DNA of 63,306 bases, the filler included, from Chiloscyllium plagiosum (Eukaryota): assembly GCF_004010195.1 (NCBI RefSeq). It is 4 parts of 4 records of this genome, joined end to end, with 100 filler letters (N's around TTAATTAATTAA, not from the genome) between each part and the next. Parts side by side here need not be neighbours in the genome. Positions count along the whole stretch, not along the records: positions 15,136 to 40,958 come from NC_057720.1; 3 more parts are not named here. One strand, given 5' to 3'. The translations under genes were made by a program, and so were the position numbers. The notes under the pieces are model-generated. The model made no database searches. It was not told the DNA's origin and worked only from the letters and a program-made list of their open reading frames with translations. This document shows, piece after piece, positions 25,956 through 38,485 of this stretch (the first letter of the stretch is position 1; every line of letters begins with the position of its first letter).

Positions 25956-26481
25956 AATGTTTGAGACAGTCCACAGAGGAGACACAACTTAAAACAGAAC
26001 AGGGCTGAGCTGGCAGGACAAAGATCATTGTCAGCACTGAATTTCAACTCTCTTCCTTCTCAGGACTGCTCAGAGAACCTTCTGAGGTTTGGATGTTAAA
26101 GCAGGTCATTGCAACAGTGTCGAGGGAGCTTTACACTGTGTCAAACCTCATGCTGTACCTTGTCCTGGGAGTGTTTGATAGGGACAGGGTTGACTTGTGA
26201 TGCCAAGTAAAATCTCTTGAAGTTGCTGAAGACTGTCAGATGTACAAAACAATGTGAACCTCAGAAGTCTCTGCTTCAGTAAACCAGATCTCCTTCCTGC
26301 TTAGCTGTCAGTTCCAATTTAAGATTTTGTCACTGTTTAAAGTAACAGGATTCTCATGTTATTGAGCAAACCTCCACCAGTGTTTTCCTCAAGCTCCATT
26401 GTGGCTGTGAATTTGAGCAGCTTCCTCTGTCTGGGCTGTTAATTGCAGGTTTTTTTCTTTCAATGTGAATGTGGAAAAGGG

Positions 26482-26487
26482 AATAAA
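26482..26487 (+). terminator. Polyadenylation signal of the light-chain C gene
   Basis: AATAAA about 530 bp after the stop, followed by a GT-rich element (tctctgtcttgtgtgc). Confidence 0.65.
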
Positions 26488-26861
26488 GATGAAGATTCAG
26501 TCTCTGTCTTTGTGTGCTTTGGAAATAGATGACCTTCGCCGCCCCCAGTTGATTGGCTGCATTTCAGCAGGTCTTTGTAGAGATTGGCTGGTTGGCCTGT
26601 CAATCAATTACTATCATCAATCATTAATCATTTTCAAATGATCCCTTTGATCATGGATTTGTGTAGGTTACAAGATTCCAAAAAGAACAGAAACTGAAAG
26701 CTGTTAGGACTCAATAAGTACAATCTGACGCATTCCCTCTTCACTCTGTTGGTCCAGGCCCACTGATGGGATCGCACTGTGCAATCTCTGCTGCATGTTG
26801 GGTAGCCCCTGAAACATTCTTCGGCCATTCACAGACATTGTCGGCCGTGTGCCTCTCTGAG

Positions 26862-27099
26862 GTAAAAACAAGGACTGCCAAAAGCTGGAAACCAGATTCT
26901 AGATGAGAGTGGTGCTGGAAAAGCACAGCAGTTCAGGCAGCATCCGAGGAGCAGGAAAATCGACGTTTCGTGCAAAAGCCTTTCATCAGGAATAGGGCTC
27001 TATTCCTGATGAAGGGCTTTTGCCCGAAATGTCGATTTTCCTGCTCCTCGGATGCTGCCTGAACTACTGTGCTTTTCCAGCACCACTCTCATCTCGAAT
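26862..27099. mobile_element. Palindromic Penelope-like terminal-repeat insertion with a 15-bp flanking direct repeat
   Basis: Inverted arms at 26896-26997 and 26998-27099; gtgtgcctctctgag at 26847-26861 and 27100-27114. Confidence 0.8.
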
Positions 27100-27244
27100 G
27101 TGTGCCTCTCTGAGTGTGAGTGTTTAACTTAATGCTGCCTGTAGGTGTCTCTCTCAGTGTGGATATGTTACTCAGAGAGACACCTACAGGCAGCGCTCAG
27201 TAACGCACCCACATTCGGAGAGACCTATCCGCAGCATGGAGTGT

Positions 27245-28760
27245 GAGCATACCATACAGAACCTCATCACCTCAGGAGATCTCCCACCCACAGCTTCCAA
27301 ACTTATAGTCCGGGAACCCCGCACTGCCTGGTTCTACCTCCTTCCCAAGATCCACAAGCCTGACCACCCTCGCTGACCCATTGTCTCAACATGCTTCTGC
27401 CCCACTGAACACATCTCTAACTATCTCAACACTGCCCTATCCTCCCTCGTCCAGGAACTCCCCACACACTTTCCAGACACCACCCACGCCCTCCACCGCC
27501 TCTAAGACTTCTGTTTCTCCGGCCCCCAACACCACATCTTCACAATGGATTTCCACTCCCTCTACACCTCCATGCGCCATGACCAGGGCCTCCAAGCCCT
27601 CCGTTTTTTTNNNNNNNNNNNNNNNNNNNNNNNNNNNNNNNNNNNNNNNNNNNNNNNNNNNNNNNNNNNNNNNNNNNNNNNNCCCGGCCCCCAACGCCTC
27701 ATCTTCACCACGGATATCCAATCCCTCTACACCTCCACCCGCCATGACCAGGGCCTCCAAGCCATCTGTTTTTTTCCTCTCCAGACGTCCCCAACAGTAC
27801 CCTTCCACCAATACTCTCACTCGTTTGGCCGAACTGGTCCTCACCCTTAACAATTTCTCCTTCGAATCCTCCCACTTCCTCCAGACCAAAGGGGTAGCCA
27901 TGGGCACACGTATGGGCCCCACCTATGCCTGCCTTTGTTGGCTACGTAGAAGAGTTGATCTTCCATAATTACATTGACACCACTCCCCACCTCTTCCTCC
28001 GCTACATTGATGATTACATTGGCGCCAGCTCGTGCTCCCGAGAGGAGGTTGAGCAATTCATCAACTTCACCAACACATTCCACCCTGACCTCAGATTTAC
28101 CTGGACCATCTCTGACACCTCCCTCCCCTTCCTGCACCTCTCCATCTCCATTAATGACGACCGACTTGACACTGACATTTTTTACAAACCCACTGACTCC
28201 CACAGCTACCTGGATTACACCTCTTCCCAACCTATCAATTGCAAAAATGCCATCCCGTATTCCCAATTCCTCCGCCTCCGCCTTATCTGCTCCCAGGAGG
28301 ACCAGTTCCATCACAGAACACACCAAATGGCCTCCTTCTTTAGAGACCGCAATTTCCCTTCCCGCATGGTTCAATGCCTCTCGTCCACATCCCGCAACTC
28401 CGCCCTCAGACCCGACCCCTCCAACCATAACAAGGACAGAACGCCCCTGGTGCTCACCTTCCACCCTACCAACCTTCGCATAAACCAAATCATCTGCCGA
28501 CATTTCCTCCAACTCCAAACAGACCCCACCACCAGGGATATATTTCCCTCCCCACCCCTCTCCGCCTTCCGCAAAGACCGTTCCCTCCGTGACTACCTGG
28601 TCAGGTCCACGCCCCCCTACGACCCACCCTCCCATCCTGGCACTTTCCCCTGCCACCGCAGGAACTGTAAAACCTGCGCCCACACCTCCTCCCTCACCTC
28701 CATCCAAGGACCTAAAGGAGCCTTCCACATCCATCAAACTTTTACCTGCACATCCACGTC
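27245..28760 (+). mobile_element. Penelope-like element (PLE), degenerate reverse transcriptase region
   Basis: FYLLPKIHK, MD..SLYTS, GVAMGTRMGPTYA, FLRYIDD, LPFL, YKPTDSH and C..RNCKTC linker motifs, with frameshifts. Confidence 0.9.
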
Positions 28761-29040
28761 TCAGCAAAAAGTTAACTTTTGTTTGGGGTCTGTGGAGCAG
28801 AAGAGGCTAAGGGGGCAATTGATGCAGACATAATGGTGAGTGATATAGACTGGGCCGATTGTGATAAATACTTCCGCGATGTAGGCATGTCTTAGACCAA
28901 TTGAATTAAGGTTAAAGTGAAAAATGAAGCATTTCGCGAGGATCTGATGGAAAAGCAAATTACCCAGGGGATGGGTCAAATATGGAACATGTTGCCTGAG
29001 AGGGTAGCTTATCTCTCCATGCTTCAGGCTCTCTGCCTTT

Positions 29041-29076
29041 ATTCCTGATGAAGGGCTTTTGCCCGAAACGTCGATT
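29041..29076 (+). ncRNA. Minimal type I hammerhead ribozyme motif (PLE-associated)
   Basis: CTGATGA, a, stem II (gggc-tttt-gccc), GAAA, CGTC. The predicted cleavage triplet is GUC, and stem III would be formed by the ACGU palindrome in a dimer. Confidence 0.7.
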
Positions 29077-29198
29077 TTGCCTGTCCTCGGATGCTGCCTG
29101 AATTGCTGTGCTCTTCCAGCACCACTGATCCAGAATACTTTCTCCCCAACCCCACCCTCCTCTAGCTTATCTCTCCACGCTTCAGGCTCTCTGCCTTT

Positions 29199-29234
29199 AT
29201 TCCTGATGAAGGGCTTTTGCCTGAAACGTCGATT
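29199..29234 (+). ncRNA. Second tandem minimal hammerhead ribozyme motif
   Basis: CTGATGA-agggcttttgcct-GAAACGTC; stem II has a G-U in place of a G-C pair. Confidence 0.65.
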
Positions 29235-30544
29235 TTACAGCTCCTTGGATGCTGCCTGAACTGCTGTGCTCTTACAGCACCACTAATCCAGAATCTGGTT
29301 TCCAGCATCTGCAGTCATTGTTTTTACCATGTTATTCATTGCTGCCTGTCTCAGAGAGTGCGTGTGTTACTTCGTGCTGTCTGTAGGTGTCTCTCTGAGG
29401 TATGTGTCTCTGATTGATGGATTGAGAATGGGCTTTGTGCTGGGGATTGAAGATTAGGCTTTAATCTTCTCAAATTATGAATGGAAAACAGTTCTGCTGA
29501 TTCAGTCTGAGACGGCAGCTCATTCAGATGGCCAAAGTTAAAAAGCACACAACACCAGGTTATAGTCAAATAGGTTTATTTGAAAGTAGAAGCGTTCAGA
29601 GCACTGCTTCTTCATCGGGTAGCTGGAGGGGCAGGATCTTTGGACACAGAATTTATAGTAAATTCAGATGGCAGCTGAGAAAGGTGAATACTGAGAGTGT
29701 ATTCTCAGTAATGGAGGGATTTCAGAGGCAGTGGGCACTGTGCTCCCTAATGCAGAAATGTCGATTTTCCTGCTCCTCAGATGCTGCCTGACCTGCTGTG
29801 CTTTTCTAGTACTACTCTAATCTAGACTGTACTCCCTAATGTGTTGCCCACTTACAAGGGGACTTTCTGGATCCAGGGTCAATCGTGGCTGCCTGCCCAA
29901 CCAATGCTGAGTCCCCATAATCATATTTCAGTGGTTTATTAACCCAAAACTAGGTGCAGCAATATTACCTTCCAGGGAGGGGAGCTGTCTGAGGGAGGGA
30001 GGTTGAACTCTTGCAGCCCCAAGAGAGGTTGCGGTGGATTAATGACAGGTATGACCACCATGAAGATGCCACCTTCTCTCCCCTTGCCCCAGCTGTGATG
30101 ACCCTCAGGTGAAAAGTGTGACTGCTCTGGGATGATGACCACGTTCCTGGGTGATGGACGGAAGGCCAACCTCTCCCAAAGGCAGCAGAGGCTGGATCGA
30201 AGGGACATCAAGAGTAAGCATGGGGAGATTGAGGGTGACAGAAGGAGGGGGTTGGTTGGCAGGTTGTTATTCAGAGTCAGGTCCCAGAGTATCAGTCCTT
30301 CTGACACTCCCCTTTTTATCTGTCAGCCAGGGCTCCCTGATTGGACACGGTTAACTGTCCCTGTCAGAGAACTCATATTTTATCAAAAAGAATAAAACAG
30401 TTATTGAACAAGGAGCTTAAGAGCTAAATGACACGAGACAAAATGAATGGTTTGAAAGGTTTCATTATGAACACCGCAAATGAGATTTGGTGAAGAACTT
30501 TTTCACTCAGCGGGTGGTGGGAATCTGGAATTGACTGTCATAGA

Positions 30545-30830
30545 ATCCCTACTGTGAGAAACAGGCCATTTGGCCCAACAAGTCCACACTGACCCTTGGA
30601 AGAGTAACCCACCCAAGACCCAATCCCCTATCTTATTACTCTGACTAATGAACCTAACCTACACATCCCTGATCACTATGGGCAACTTAGCATGGCCAAT
30701 TCACCTAACCTGCGCGTCTTTAGATTGTGCGAGGAAACCAGAGCACCCAGAGGAAACCTACGCAGACACGGGGAGAATGTGCAAACTCCATACAGACAGT
30801 TACCTGAGGCTGGAATTGAACCTGGGTCAA
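30545..30830 (-). mobile_element. HE1-like SINE, 5'-truncated
   Basis: Shares the ggaaaccagagcacccagaggaaaccta...gggagaatgtgcaaactcc core with the other copies. Confidence 0.75.
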
Positions 30831-31149
30831 AACATTCAGACTGGCCTTGACTTCGCTCCATCCTTGGCCTCCACTTCTGGCCTCACCCACTCTGCAACCA
30901 AGACTTAGTCTACATTTCCCAGAGTCACCCCTGAGTCCTACTGCCTACCTGCAGCCAGCCAGCACACTCACTCACCCTCCTCACCCATATACCCCCACAG
31001 TGCACCCTATCCCTCCACTTCTCCATCTTCACCTCATCCCCACCTTCCCACTCCCCCACCTCACTTCACTAACCACCTCTGCCCCAATCTCTTTTCTCTC
31101 CCACACCCATTCTCTCCTATTCACCCTTGCCCCCTCCCCTCCTTCAGCC

Positions 31150-33580
31150 ATCGTGGACCCCACTGAAAACCTCGTCTCCCACCCCGAGACTTGCCCCATA
31201 TTTACTATCCCCCCACGACCTCGAACCCTCTGAGGCCAAAAGGTCCATTCTGAGGAAAGGGCTCACGTTCGTTCCCCACCTCAAAAAATCCTGCACCCAC
31301 CAGGACGTGGAGTTCTTCTTCCGCCGCCTCTACCTCCGTGTCTTCTTCTTTAACAAAAGCTCCCAACCTCCCTCTGAGGACCCCTTATCCCACATCCACC
31401 CTTCCTCCTCCACTTGGTCACCCCCCACTCCCCACCACCCTCGAGCTCTTCATTGCTGACCACTGATGTGACATCAGCCGCCTCAATTTCTCCACCCCCC
31501 TCACCCTCTCCAACCACCCCCCGTCCGAATGTGCAGTAGTCCACTCTCTCTGTACCAACACCCCGTTTACCATCAAACCCGCTGACAAAGGTGGGGTGGT
31601 GGTAGTCTGGGGAACAGACCTCTATGTCGCAGAGGCCAAACCCCAACTCTCTGACACCATGTTCTACCTCCCCCTTGCCCATGACCCCACTGTGACCCAT
31701 CAGGGCAAAATTACTTGCACTTTCAGTGCCCCCATTGCCTCCAGTGATCTCCTCTCCACTGCCTCCAAACTCATAGTTCCCCAGCCCTGCAATGTCCAGT
31801 TCTACCTGCTCCCCAAGATCCACAAGCCCAACTACCCCGGCCGACCAATCATCTCAACATCTTCCTGCCCCACCGAACCCCTCTCATCCTACCTCAACTC
31901 CATCCTCTCCTCCATGGTTCAGGCACTTCCCACCTACTTCATTGATACCAACCATGCCCTCCATCTCTTCAGTAACCTCCAGTCCCCAGGCCCCCAGCTC
32001 TTTGGACAGTCCTTATATACATCCATACACAATAAGATCAGCCTCCTGGTCCTCTGCTTTTTTCTCTCCAACAGATCCATCCACTCGCCCTCCACCAATA
32101 CCCTCCTCCGCCTTGCTGAACTGGTTCTCACCCTCAACAACTTTTCCTTTAACTCCTTCCAGTTCCTCTAAATCTAGGGGGTGGCTATGAGTACCTGGAT
32201 GGGCCCCAGCTATCCCTCCCCCTTTATTGGCTATGTTGAACAGTCCCTTTTCAGTGCCTACACAGGCACTATGCCCCAGCTTTTCTACCATTACATTGAT
32301 GACTACATTGGTGCAGTGCACTGGAGCAGTTCATGGTCTTCGCCCACAACTTCCACCCCACCCTCAAATTCACTTGGTCCACCTTGGACACCTCCCTTCC
32401 CTTTATTGACCTCTCCATTCCCATTTCCGGTGACAGTGTTCAGATAGACATTTACTGCAAACTGACAGACTCTCATTATTACCCGGACTATACTTTCTCC
32501 TACCCAGTATCCTGCAAGAACTCCATCCCATTCTTCCAATTCCTCCGCCTCTGCTCTATCTGCTCGGATGAGGAGGCATTCCACTCCCAAGTATTCCAGA
32601 TACCCACCTATTTCGAACAACGTACTTTTGCTCCCTCTGTCATCCATCGCACCCCCTCCATTTCCCGTTCCATTGCTCTAAACCCACCCCCCTCCAAACA
32701 GAATAAAGACAGAGTCCCCATTGTCCTCACCTATCACCCAAAACAATCTTTGTATCAAACACATCATCCTTTTCCGCCAACCCCAACAAGACCCCACCAC
32801 CAAGAATGTCTTCCTCACGCTACCCCTGTCTGCCTTCCACAAGGACTGTTCCCTTTGACAATTCTTGGTTTGCGCCACTCTCTCCACTATCTCTGCTGAA
32901 CCCCCAGGAACCTTCTCCTGCAAAAGGAAACGATGCAAAGCCTGCTGGTACACCAACCCCTCACCTCCCTCCAGGGCCCCAAACAGTCCTTCCAGGTGAG
33001 ACAGAGGTTCACCTGCCCCTCCTCCAACCTAGTTTATAGCATCAAGTGCCCCTGATGTGGTCTTCTCTACATTGGGAAGACCAAACATAAACTTAGGCAG
33101 CGGTTGGTCGTGCATCTCAGCTGGGCCTGTAGGGGCCGACCAGACCTCCCAGTCACCACCCATTTTAATTCCCCTACCCACTCCCTTTCCAATATGACCA
33201 TCCTTGGCTTCCTCCATTGCCACAATGAACCAAACCGCAAATTGGAGGAACAATACCTCATCTTCCGCCTGGACAGCCTATAGCCCAGAGGATTCAACAC
33301 TGTGTTCTCCAATTTCAAATACCCTCCCTTGCCATCCCCTGACTCCCTCCTCAGCCCCTCCCATCTCTTTCACTCCTCTCTGCCACCAAAAGATTCATTC
33401 CTTCCATTGATGAACCAGGTCGTGTCCTCTGCCTGTCTTCATCTATCCCCGTTCTCCACCATTCCCCCGTCACCCCCTTTATCTGCAGCTCCCCCTACAC
33501 CCACCCCTATTCCTGAAGAAGGGTTACACCGCCTCATGCTGCCTGGCTTTCTGTGTTCTTCCAACCTCCTGTCTGTCAAC
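31150..33580 (+). mobile_element. Penelope-like element, near full-length but degenerate RT plus GIY-YIG endonuclease
   Basis: L.KGLTFVP, TIKPADKGG, FYLLPKIHKPNYPGRPIIS, GVAM...MGPSY and YIDD motifs; GIY-YIG-like VYSIKC...YIGKT near 33030-33085; partial terminal repeat with cctgaagaaggg near 33512. Confidence 0.9.
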
Positions 33581-33659
33581 ATCGAATGGAACCAGCACGA
33601 AAGGGTTAGATAATCAAGCGTCAGGGCCATCAACAAATGGGAATGGGGCATGCTACAGA

Positions 33660-34045
33660 TAGATGCATTGAGACAGTCAATCAGAAAGAGGTGACCAAAC
33701 TGGAAATTAAACGCTCATACACAGTAGATGGAATTTAATGTCAGAAAGTGTGAGACCATGCACTTTTTTCGGAATAATCGAAAGGCTGACTAGTATTTAA
33801 ATAGTGAGAGATTCCAATAAAGTGCAGTACAGAGTGATTGGGGTAGTATTGTGCATGGGACACTGAAAGTTAGTGCAGGTGCAGCAAGGAATTGAGAAGG
33901 CAAATGGATTTTTCACCTTTATTGTCTGGGTTTGGAATTTAAAAGTAGAGAAATCTAGTTGAAACTTTACAGGGTGTTTGTGAGCCTGCATTTGAAGTAT
34001 CGTGTGCAATTTTGGTCCCGGTATTTAAGAAAGGATGGACAGTCA
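33660..34045 (+). mobile_element. CR1-like RT fragment
   Basis: MEFNVRKCE.MHF and KLYRVFVSLHLKYRVQFWSRYLRKD. Confidence 0.7.
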
Positions 34046-34357
34046 TTGGAGTCCTACTCCTGCTTCAATTTCTCATGTCCTTGTGTGCTCCAGTGTCCTT
34101 CCCTTACAGCAGAACTGGTTTGTCCCCTGCCTGCAGTAGCAGCCTCCAGTCTCTGGGTGGTGCTGCCATATGATCTGCCTTGCCCAGGCTGTCACAATTC
34201 CCACATCACAACAATGCCTGGACTTCGGAAGTATTCAGTTGGCTGTAAGCTCAAAAACGGCATAATAGAAATATAATTCTCTCTCCTTTTATGTTTTGTC
34301 TCGAAGCCTTCCCACCTGTCATCCAACAACATCACACACTTATGTCAAATCTAGAAT

Positions 34358-34677
34358 GATTAGATTAGATTACATTACATTACATTACAGTGTGGAAACA
34401 GGCCCTTCGGCCCAACAAATCCACACCGACCCGCCGAAGCGCAACCCACCCATACATTTACCCCTTACCTAATGCTACAGGCAATTTAGCATGGCCAATT
34501 CACCTGACCTGCACATCTTTGGACGGTGGGAGGAAACCGGTGCACCCGGAGGAAACTCACGCAGACACAGGGAGAACGTGCAAACTCCACACAGTCAGTC
34601 GCCTGAGGCGGGAATTGAACCCGGGTCTCAGGCGCTGTGAAGCAGCAGTGCTAACCACTGTGCCACCGTGCCGCCCC
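34358..34677 (-). mobile_element. HE1-like SINE, young full-length copy
   Basis: Head ggggcggcacggtggcacagtggttagcactgctgc, CpGs retained, (tgtaa)n/(tctaa)n tail. Confidence 0.88.
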
Positions 34678-36726
34678 GGTGAATGGATCATGAATCTCTG
34701 GGAGAACTTACTTTGTGACAACACTGGGATTAATGACCACCTCCTCAGTGGGCTTTGAGGGTGAAGGTCAATAGCTGTCTCATTGGGACTTGATCTGAGT
34801 TGTCTCCAGTTAGTCAGTGTTATTGTTCTGGGTCCAGACAGTACTGACCAACCCTGTGTTCTGATTGAGATGAAGGGTGAGCTGTGCAGGGCTTTCACAC
34901 CTTGCACACACACATAGTGAAGCAGGGATTCCCTGTTTCAGAAGAGTAAATGGAACGAACAAACTGGGTGGATGTGACACCCCCACCCTGTCCCCAAGAG
35001 AGTGGAGACTGGAACAGTAATATTCTCACACAGAAAGGATGGTAAAAATTGTAACCCACAGAGAGAGAGAGGGGATAGGAAACGCAATGCTCCCTAAAGA
35101 CAGGGGACAGTATCTGTCTGTTCCCCACTTTCTTGTTGTGTTGTGACCTTGGGAAATTGATTTGGCTTATATTTTCTCAGTTGTATTTAGGTTTGATGAG
35201 GTGATTCAGTAACAAGGATTCCAATTGCATATTTCCTGTAGCAGCAGATCCATTGAAGATCACATTTTCATTTGGAGGTTGCCCAGGTTTCTGTCCAGGC
35301 TGATACAGCATGATCTGCCAGTGCTGCTCCTATTGGGCTAAACCATCACACACCAGGGAATCTGACGGGCACTTTCTTTTTGTGCTGGCAAAGGGAGGGA
35401 TTTGGTTTTACTGCGATGGTGCCCAGAGAAATTAGTCAGTGGATGTAGTTCCAGCTGAGCAGAATGTTCTGATGTTCATGATGGGATTTACCTCGACAGT
35501 TCCCACTTGCCTTTACCCCGACAGTGGGGCAGGAAGTCACCACACAGTGGTCTCCTGGCTCACACTGAGAAACCAAGTCGATGGTACAACTGCAGAGAGC
35601 AAGACAAAGGTTTAGACTCACCGAACAACCAGAGGCTTCAGCCAACAACTGGGTCACAGGCAAATGGCGTGTTGTGTAAACTCTCAGTATCTCAGGGAAC
35701 ATTCATTGACAAACATAACTAAAAAATGGAACAGGATATTGTTTATGAAAATTGGCATTGCAAAAATAAAATTCAAACACATTATAGATTTCATTTCAAA
35801 TACTACAGCATTTTCCACTCCGTCACACGGTGTTGAAGACGCACTGCCCTCATCATAACAGGTTTGCAAGCATCTGAATAACAGGTAAGGGGAGAGAAGC
35901 ATTGCAAACTGTATTATCACGAGAGAAGATCGATTAAAACCTCGAACCATAATGTTAAATGTTCCCTGCCATAAACAACACTGATGCATTCACATCATTG
36001 GAATGTTAAATGATTTAAATCTCAAGAGGCGTTGATGATTTTTTTCCAATTCCATGGCAAGGAAGCAGCAGCTGACATATGAACTCTAACAAAATGATAA
36101 CAGGCACTGAATACAGAGCTGGCTCCAGAGAGAGAGAAAAAATCAACAGCAGAGATCTGTCCAGTGCTGGGAACATTTTAGACAAGGCACCTTGTTGCCA
36201 GCTCGTTATTGCAGCTTGAAAACTCCAGTACAGTCAGAAAGAGAAAAAGGACAATGTGCAGATTGTTGAACAGGCCCCTACACCTGGGCCTGAGGCAGGG
36301 GCCCAAGCTCCAACACACTGGCCTCACTTCACACCAACCTTCACACAGTGCGGGGTCATGAACTCCGGCCATCAATTCCTCTGGGACGGAGAGAGGGAAA
36401 AGGGACAATTGTAGAAGAGTCAATAAGGAGTAAAGCAAGATGGAGAGGGTGTTTTGGAAAGGGATTAGAGGAGGAAATATACTCTTTGTGTCACTCAAAA
36501 CTGACATTGTCGACGTGTTTCACAGAATGAAAAAAACAGCACACTGTGAAGACAAACAAAAGTCACATCAAAGCGCTTTTCTTATCACAGGGGATATTTT
36601 CATTATGGTGCCCTCACTACCCTACTTTTAAAGCTGCACTGGCTCTCTATGGATCTTTACAGATTGAGCCAGTTAGCTCCAAGCAGGGCCCCAGTTTATT
36701 TTTTTACTGATCAGGGACAGTGAAGC

Positions 36727-36745
36727 AGCTGCCCTCTAGTGGCGA
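36727..36745 (-). promoter_or_regulatory. Candidate CTCF binding site
   Basis: Minus strand TCGCCACTAGAGGGCAGCT closely matches the CTCF core CCASYAGRKGGCRS. Confidence 0.6.
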
Positions 36746-37767
36746 GAGAGCGTTTGCCCTGCTGCTGAGGATTATGGGTAAAGTCCCCTTCCATTCGCGC
36801 CCACACAAACCAGCAGCCACTTCAGCTGCTTTATTGAAAACCACAAGCTTTCAAGGCGCTGATCTTACAACGGTGGAACTGGCCACACGATCATACGAAT
36901 TAGGGACAAATGAAGGAGATTCATCCTCTTGAGCCTGCTCCCCATGGCTGACCTGATTATTCCACATTCTTGCCTCACTCTGATAGATTCTTGATAAGCA
37001 ATGACTGTCTACTTCCTCACTACAAGCATTCAGAGGTTTCATTTCTTTGCTTGAAGAAAAGTTCCAAAGACCTATGACCTTATGCAAGAATAAAAAAAAA
37101 CCTGCTTATCTCAGTCTTCTATGAGGGAACTTGTATTAATTTGATATTCTCCCCGAAAAGGAAGCATTCTTTTCACATCCACGCTGTATTCTATGTTCAT
37201 GTTGATATGGCATCTGCTTTAATCAGCTGCTCTGTCATGAGAACAGCTACCTATCCTGCCACCTTCAGTGACTGATGCTCATAAACATCCAGGTCCTACT
37301 GCCCCTACATCCACCCATACTTGTACCCTTTAGTTTGTTTTGTCTTTCCACGTTTTCCTTCCAAAATGAATCAGTGACATCTCTTTCCATTAAATTGTTT
37401 CTACAGCCATCTGCTCATTCCATTAACTTATCTACATCCTTTTTGAAGTTTGACGCTATCTTCTTCATCAGCCATAATACTTCCAAGTTTCATACCATCA
37501 GCAAATTTTGAAATTATGCCTTGTACACGCAGGTTAACATAGATTTAAATATTTTAAATATTTTTTTAAAAATGAACTATTTTATAAATTATTGTAAATG
37601 AAACCTCAAATTTATTGCCCATCTCTAGTTACTCGGACTGAGTTCTGAGCCAGATTATGGGGCTGTTAAGAATGAATCGCGTCACTGTGGGACTGGAGTC
37701 ACAGACCGGGTGATGACTGGGTTCGCATGTCCAACTACATTCATGAACATGACATTGAGTTTCATGG

Positions 37768-37893
37768 AGAAAGTGAGGGCTGCAGATGCTGGAGATCAGA
37801 GCTGAAAATGTGTTGCTGGAAAAGCGCAGCAGGTCAGGCAGAATCCAAGGAACAGGAGAATCGACGTTTCGGGCATAAGCCCTTCTTCAGGAA
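37768..37893 (-). mobile_element. Short PLE terminal-repeat insertion with an intact hammerhead core (37863-37890)
   Basis: Minus strand CTGAAGA-a-gggcttatgccc-GAAACGTC. The insertion is absent at the paralogous site near 18480, and agtttcatgg is repeated on both sides. Confidence 0.75.
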
Positions 37894-38485
37894 GTTTCAT
37901 GGGTTTCATTGAGGAAGTTTCATTGAGTTTCATGGGTTTTTTTGTTCAGATCCCAGTGCCTTCCTACTCAGATATTACATGGCTCACCACCGCCCTCTCC
38001 AGGACAATTAGGAAAGGGCAACAAATAGCAGACATTTTTGTGCCCGCCCATCCCAGGAGAAATCAAAATAAATGAAATACTCTTCAAATGATCAAACTGG
38101 AGAGGCTTGAATTAATCTCATTGAAAGACTGGAGCCGAGGCTAGAAGTAGAGCCATGACATGGGTGAACCTGGTTTGTCAGACTGCAAGGTGGAGTGTCC
38201 TTCTGATTAACACTGGGATCAGGCACAAAATGAATTACACTCAAAGACCGAACAAACGGCTCTCAAAGCGGGTCACCAAACTGCAAGGAGCAGCAATGTA
38301 TCTGGGAGAACTCAACAAGTATCAGTGGGTGTAAGAGCATTAGGCAGGCAAGTGTCAGATATTGTTCAACACACCAGAAACACAGTCACACAGAAAGGGA
38401 AGCTATTGGGATAGAGCAGGGAAACGGAAATAACTGAATTTCTACACTGAGAGCTGGAAGGGGTTTTTTCAGTTGTAACTGAGAA

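Larger units (their letters stand above)
29005..29330 (+). mobile_element. PLE terminal repeats in tandem (158-bp period)
   Basis: 29005-29135 is repeated at 29163-29293; same family as the arms of the 26.9-kb palindrome. Confidence 0.8.

Noticed and set aside
35200-35706. Minus-strand peptide YQPGQKPGQPP resembling a VL framework 2, plus a CACAGTG near 35543
   Set aside because: There is no Cys-Trp-YYC framework, there are stops nearby, and no nonamer lies at 12 or 23 bp.
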